NCBI GenBank assembly: GCA_051439605.1
Contig: JBFRWN010000044.1
Span: forward strand, 1 to 64,000
From: Synechococcus sp.
GTDB lineage: Bacteria; Cyanobacteriota; Cyanobacteriia; Thermostichales; PCC-7336
Direction: 5' to 3'
DNA: 64,000 nucleotides
Positions 61,785 through 64,000 of the stretch are shown here, piece by piece. Below the pieces are notes generated by a model. It saw only the letters and a program-made list of their open reading frames with translations. It was not told the DNA's origin and ran no database searches. The position numbers and the translations under genes were made by a program. Every line of letters begins with the position of its first letter. Position 1 is the first letter of the stretch.

Positions 61785-63587
61785 TTAGTTTTGTCTTGCG
61801 GTCTGAAGCTCGTGCAGTCGTTGATAGAGACCGAAGTTGGATCTCATGAGTTCATCATGAGTACCGCTTTCCACAATTTCCCCTCCATCCATCACTACAA
61901 TCCGATCGGCCTCGCGAATGGTGGACAGACGGTGCGCAATCACAATTACCGTGCAGGTACCTAAAATATTACAAAGAGCCTCCTGAATCAAATGTTCTGA
62001 CTCGGAATCCAGATTTGAAGTGGCTTCATCCAGAATCAACAGGGCAGGTTGCATTAAGATTGCTCGCGCAATGCCCAACCGCTGACGCTGTCCACCCGAG
62101 AGTCTGACCCCTCGTTCTCCCACATTAGTGTGGTACCCATTTCTCAGAGTCACAATAAAATCATGAGCTCGGGCCATCTTGGCTGCTGCCACCGCTTGCT
62201 CTGGCGACACATCGGGGCAACCGTACAGTAAATTGTGCATTACCGAGCCGTTAAACACCTCAACATCCTGCGGGACAATGGCCAATCGAGAGCGGTAGTT
62301 TTGGATATTGAGCTGCTTTATGTCCCGTCCATCCCATAGAATCTGACCCTCGCTGGGGTCTACAAAGCGATAGAGCATCTTGGTCAAGGTAGACTTACCC
62401 GAACCAGATGGCCCCACAAGAGCAACGGTGGAGTAGGGTTCAATCTCTAGTGAAATATCCTTGAGGGTGTACGGTAAATCTTTGCGATAGCGAAACCAGA
62501 CGCCATCAAACTTCAGAGATGCGGGCAAGCGAGATGAGCCTTCCCCCTGTTCGTTATAGGCTTCTTGCAAAGGCAAATTCAAAAATTCATGCAACCAAGC
62601 AATAGAGCTAACGCTCGTGGTTAAAAGTTCTGTGGGTTCCTGTAGACGACTAATATCTGCCCGCACAATTTGGGCAATTGTAATTGCTGTAATTAGAGCT
62701 CCTACAGAAATTTCTTCAGTAATAGCAAGATACGCGCTTAATCCCACGATGGCACTGAGGGAGAGATTCAAAAACAGCCACATGACTGTTTCTGTTGCAA
62801 AAAGTCGAAGAAACGTCTTGCGTGCCATGAAACGCCCGTAACGTCCCAGCCATCGCTGCCCCCGCCGCAGTTCGCGAAACTCTTGAACAAATGATTTCAC
62901 TGTTTTGATGTTGAGCACAACTTCCGCTAAGCGGCTCATGCTGCGATCGAGAATGCGCTCGCTGACAGCAACATAGGGTTGCAGATAGGTAAATAAGCGG
63001 CAAATGATCGCCGTGCAAAACACGATCGAGAGAGTGAAAACCCACCCCAAGCGGAAGTCGATCGCAAAAAACATCACAATTGCGATGGTAAGGGTAGATA
63101 CGACCAGTACTCCGCTTTGCACGACACTGATATACAGCAACTGCAATTTAGAAATCGCTCGCTCCAAGCGAGACACCAACAGACCGCTATTGTGGGTTTC
63201 AAAATAGTTGAGGGGAAGGGAGAGAATTTTCTTGTAGGCCGCTTGATTCAGTTCTGTGACCATATGAAGGGCCACCAATCGCTTAGGTAAGTGGGAAGCC
63301 AAATCCTCAAACGGGGATATGAGATTTACGATAAAAAACAGCAGGCAAACAACGACAATCGCTAAATGCTGCTCTTGCCAATTACTGAGGATCGGTGCCA
63401 GTACTCTTACCCCAGGCATTAAATAGCTTGGGATAGGGGTCGATGATGTCAATAAATTTGCAAATAAGCCCAGTAGATAGGGTCGCATCAGGTTCAGAAA
63501 TGCGAAAACCAAACCGGCAAAGGAAATAACGACGGTTGGTAACCAGTAAGGATAAAAAAATGCTAATACACGCTGTATTGGTTTCAT
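61785..63587 (-). CDS. ABC exporter, fused TMD-NBD (MsbA/HetA-like)
   Basis: Six-TM domain; GPSGSGKST, VPQD, LSGGQRQR.GIARA, LDEATSNLD, IAHRLST. Confidence 0.95.
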   Translation of the reverse strand: MKPIQRVLAFFYPYWLPTVVISFAGLVFAFLNLMRPYLLGLFANLLTSSTPIPSYLMPGVRVLAPILSNWQEQHLAIVVVCLLFFIVNLISPFEDLASHLPKRLVALHMVTELNQAAYKKILSLPLNYFETHNSGLLVSRLERAISKLQLLYISVVQSGVLVVSTLTIAIVMFFAIDFRLGWVFTLSIVFCTAIICRLFTYLQPYVAVSERILDRSMSRLAEVVLNIKTVKSFVQEFRELRRGQRWLGRYGRFMARKTFLRLFATETVMWLFLNLSLSAIVGLSAYLAITEEISVGALITAITIAQIVRADISRLQEPTELLTTSVSSIAWLHEFLNLPLQEAYNEQGEGSSRLPASLKFDGVWFRYRKDLPYTLKDISLEIEPYSTVALVGPSGSGKSTLTKMLYRFVDPSEGQILWDGRDIKQLNIQNYRSRLAIVPQDVEVFNGSVMHNLLYGCPDVSPEQAVAAAKMARAHDFIVTLRNGYHTNVGERGVRLSGGQRQRLGIARAILMQPALLILDEATSNLDSESEHLIQEALCNILGTCTVIVIAHRLSTIREADRIVVMDGGEIVESGTHDELMRSNFGLYQRLHELQTARQN

Positions 63588-63935
63588 CCTACTGCTGTTT
63601 TAGAAACATCAAGCACCTATTCGCTCTTAGCGATTTTTTATCACACCTACAGTGTTCGCAAACAGAGGAATAGGACTTCAAACACAGGATTAGAGCAAAC
63701 GAACGCATTGAAATTGCGTTCGACAGCACTGACTCACTCGTCTTGCTGCTTATTTCAACCCTAGCTATTCGTGAAAATACGGGATAGCTTTACAAGCAAC
63801 AGATTAGGCAAGCCCTTACCTTACTCACCACCTACGAAAGGTACCCAAGACTGCCTTAAAGCAATCCATACTCATCGATTGGCGTCCCAGCGATTATAGA
63901 ATTTAGCCGCAATGTGTCAACACGTTCAGGACTTT

Positions 63936-64000
63936 CTAGGGGGACTGACTGATGAGGTTCTGAAGTCGATCTCTGGATAGGATTTCATTGGGGATGTGGC
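63936..64000 (-). CDS. Possible 3' end of a CDS extending beyond the window
   Basis: Open minus-strand frame ...HIPNEILSRDRLQNLISQSP* (TAG at 63936-63938); too short to identify. Confidence 0.3.
   Translation of the reverse strand, partial: HIPNEILSRDRLQNLISQSP

Noticed and set aside
387..63207. The many short ORFs overlapping or antisense to recognised genes (e.g. 15336..15953, 16065..16550, 18375..18797, 24601..25011, 39292..39735, 46686..47159, 57586..58011)
   Set aside because: They are shadow frames of well-supported CDSs with no family motifs.
1..64000. CRISPR array, rRNA, prophage, integrase, toxin-antitoxin or defence genes
   Set aside because: I saw no regularly spaced repeats with unique spacers, no rRNA signatures and no such protein motifs.

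Overview
A mostly housekeeping stretch of a cyanobacterial chromosome, shown by the frequent HIP1 octamer GCGATCGC and by CP12, SasA, SigF and ClpR/ClpP3. It holds about 45 CDSs, tRNA-Arg(ACG), tRNA-Leu(CAG), the right end of an IS1-family element at the window start, and several intrinsic terminators. I found no CRISPR array, prophage, rRNA or recognisable defence island, and I cannot support a large novel multi-gene system. The best leads are: (1) a PAS-GAF-PHY histidine-kinase phytochrome with Cys-Cys in place of Cys-His (tandem-cysteine type), split by a 1-nt frameshift and followed by an Rcp1-like regulator; (2) a stand-alone 119-aa protein built from 17-residue repeats; (3) a truncated, divergent DRE-TIM (LeuA-like) enzyme next to a GNAT acetyltransferase; (4) a compact glycosyltransferase / priming transferase / Wzy_C-TPR cluster that may glycosylate proteins; (5) an orphan PilP/GspC-like protein; (6) a contiguous clpC-clpR-clpP3 cluster; (7) a DinG-like protein with degenerate helicase motifs. 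All family assignments come from motif recognition only; no database searches were run.
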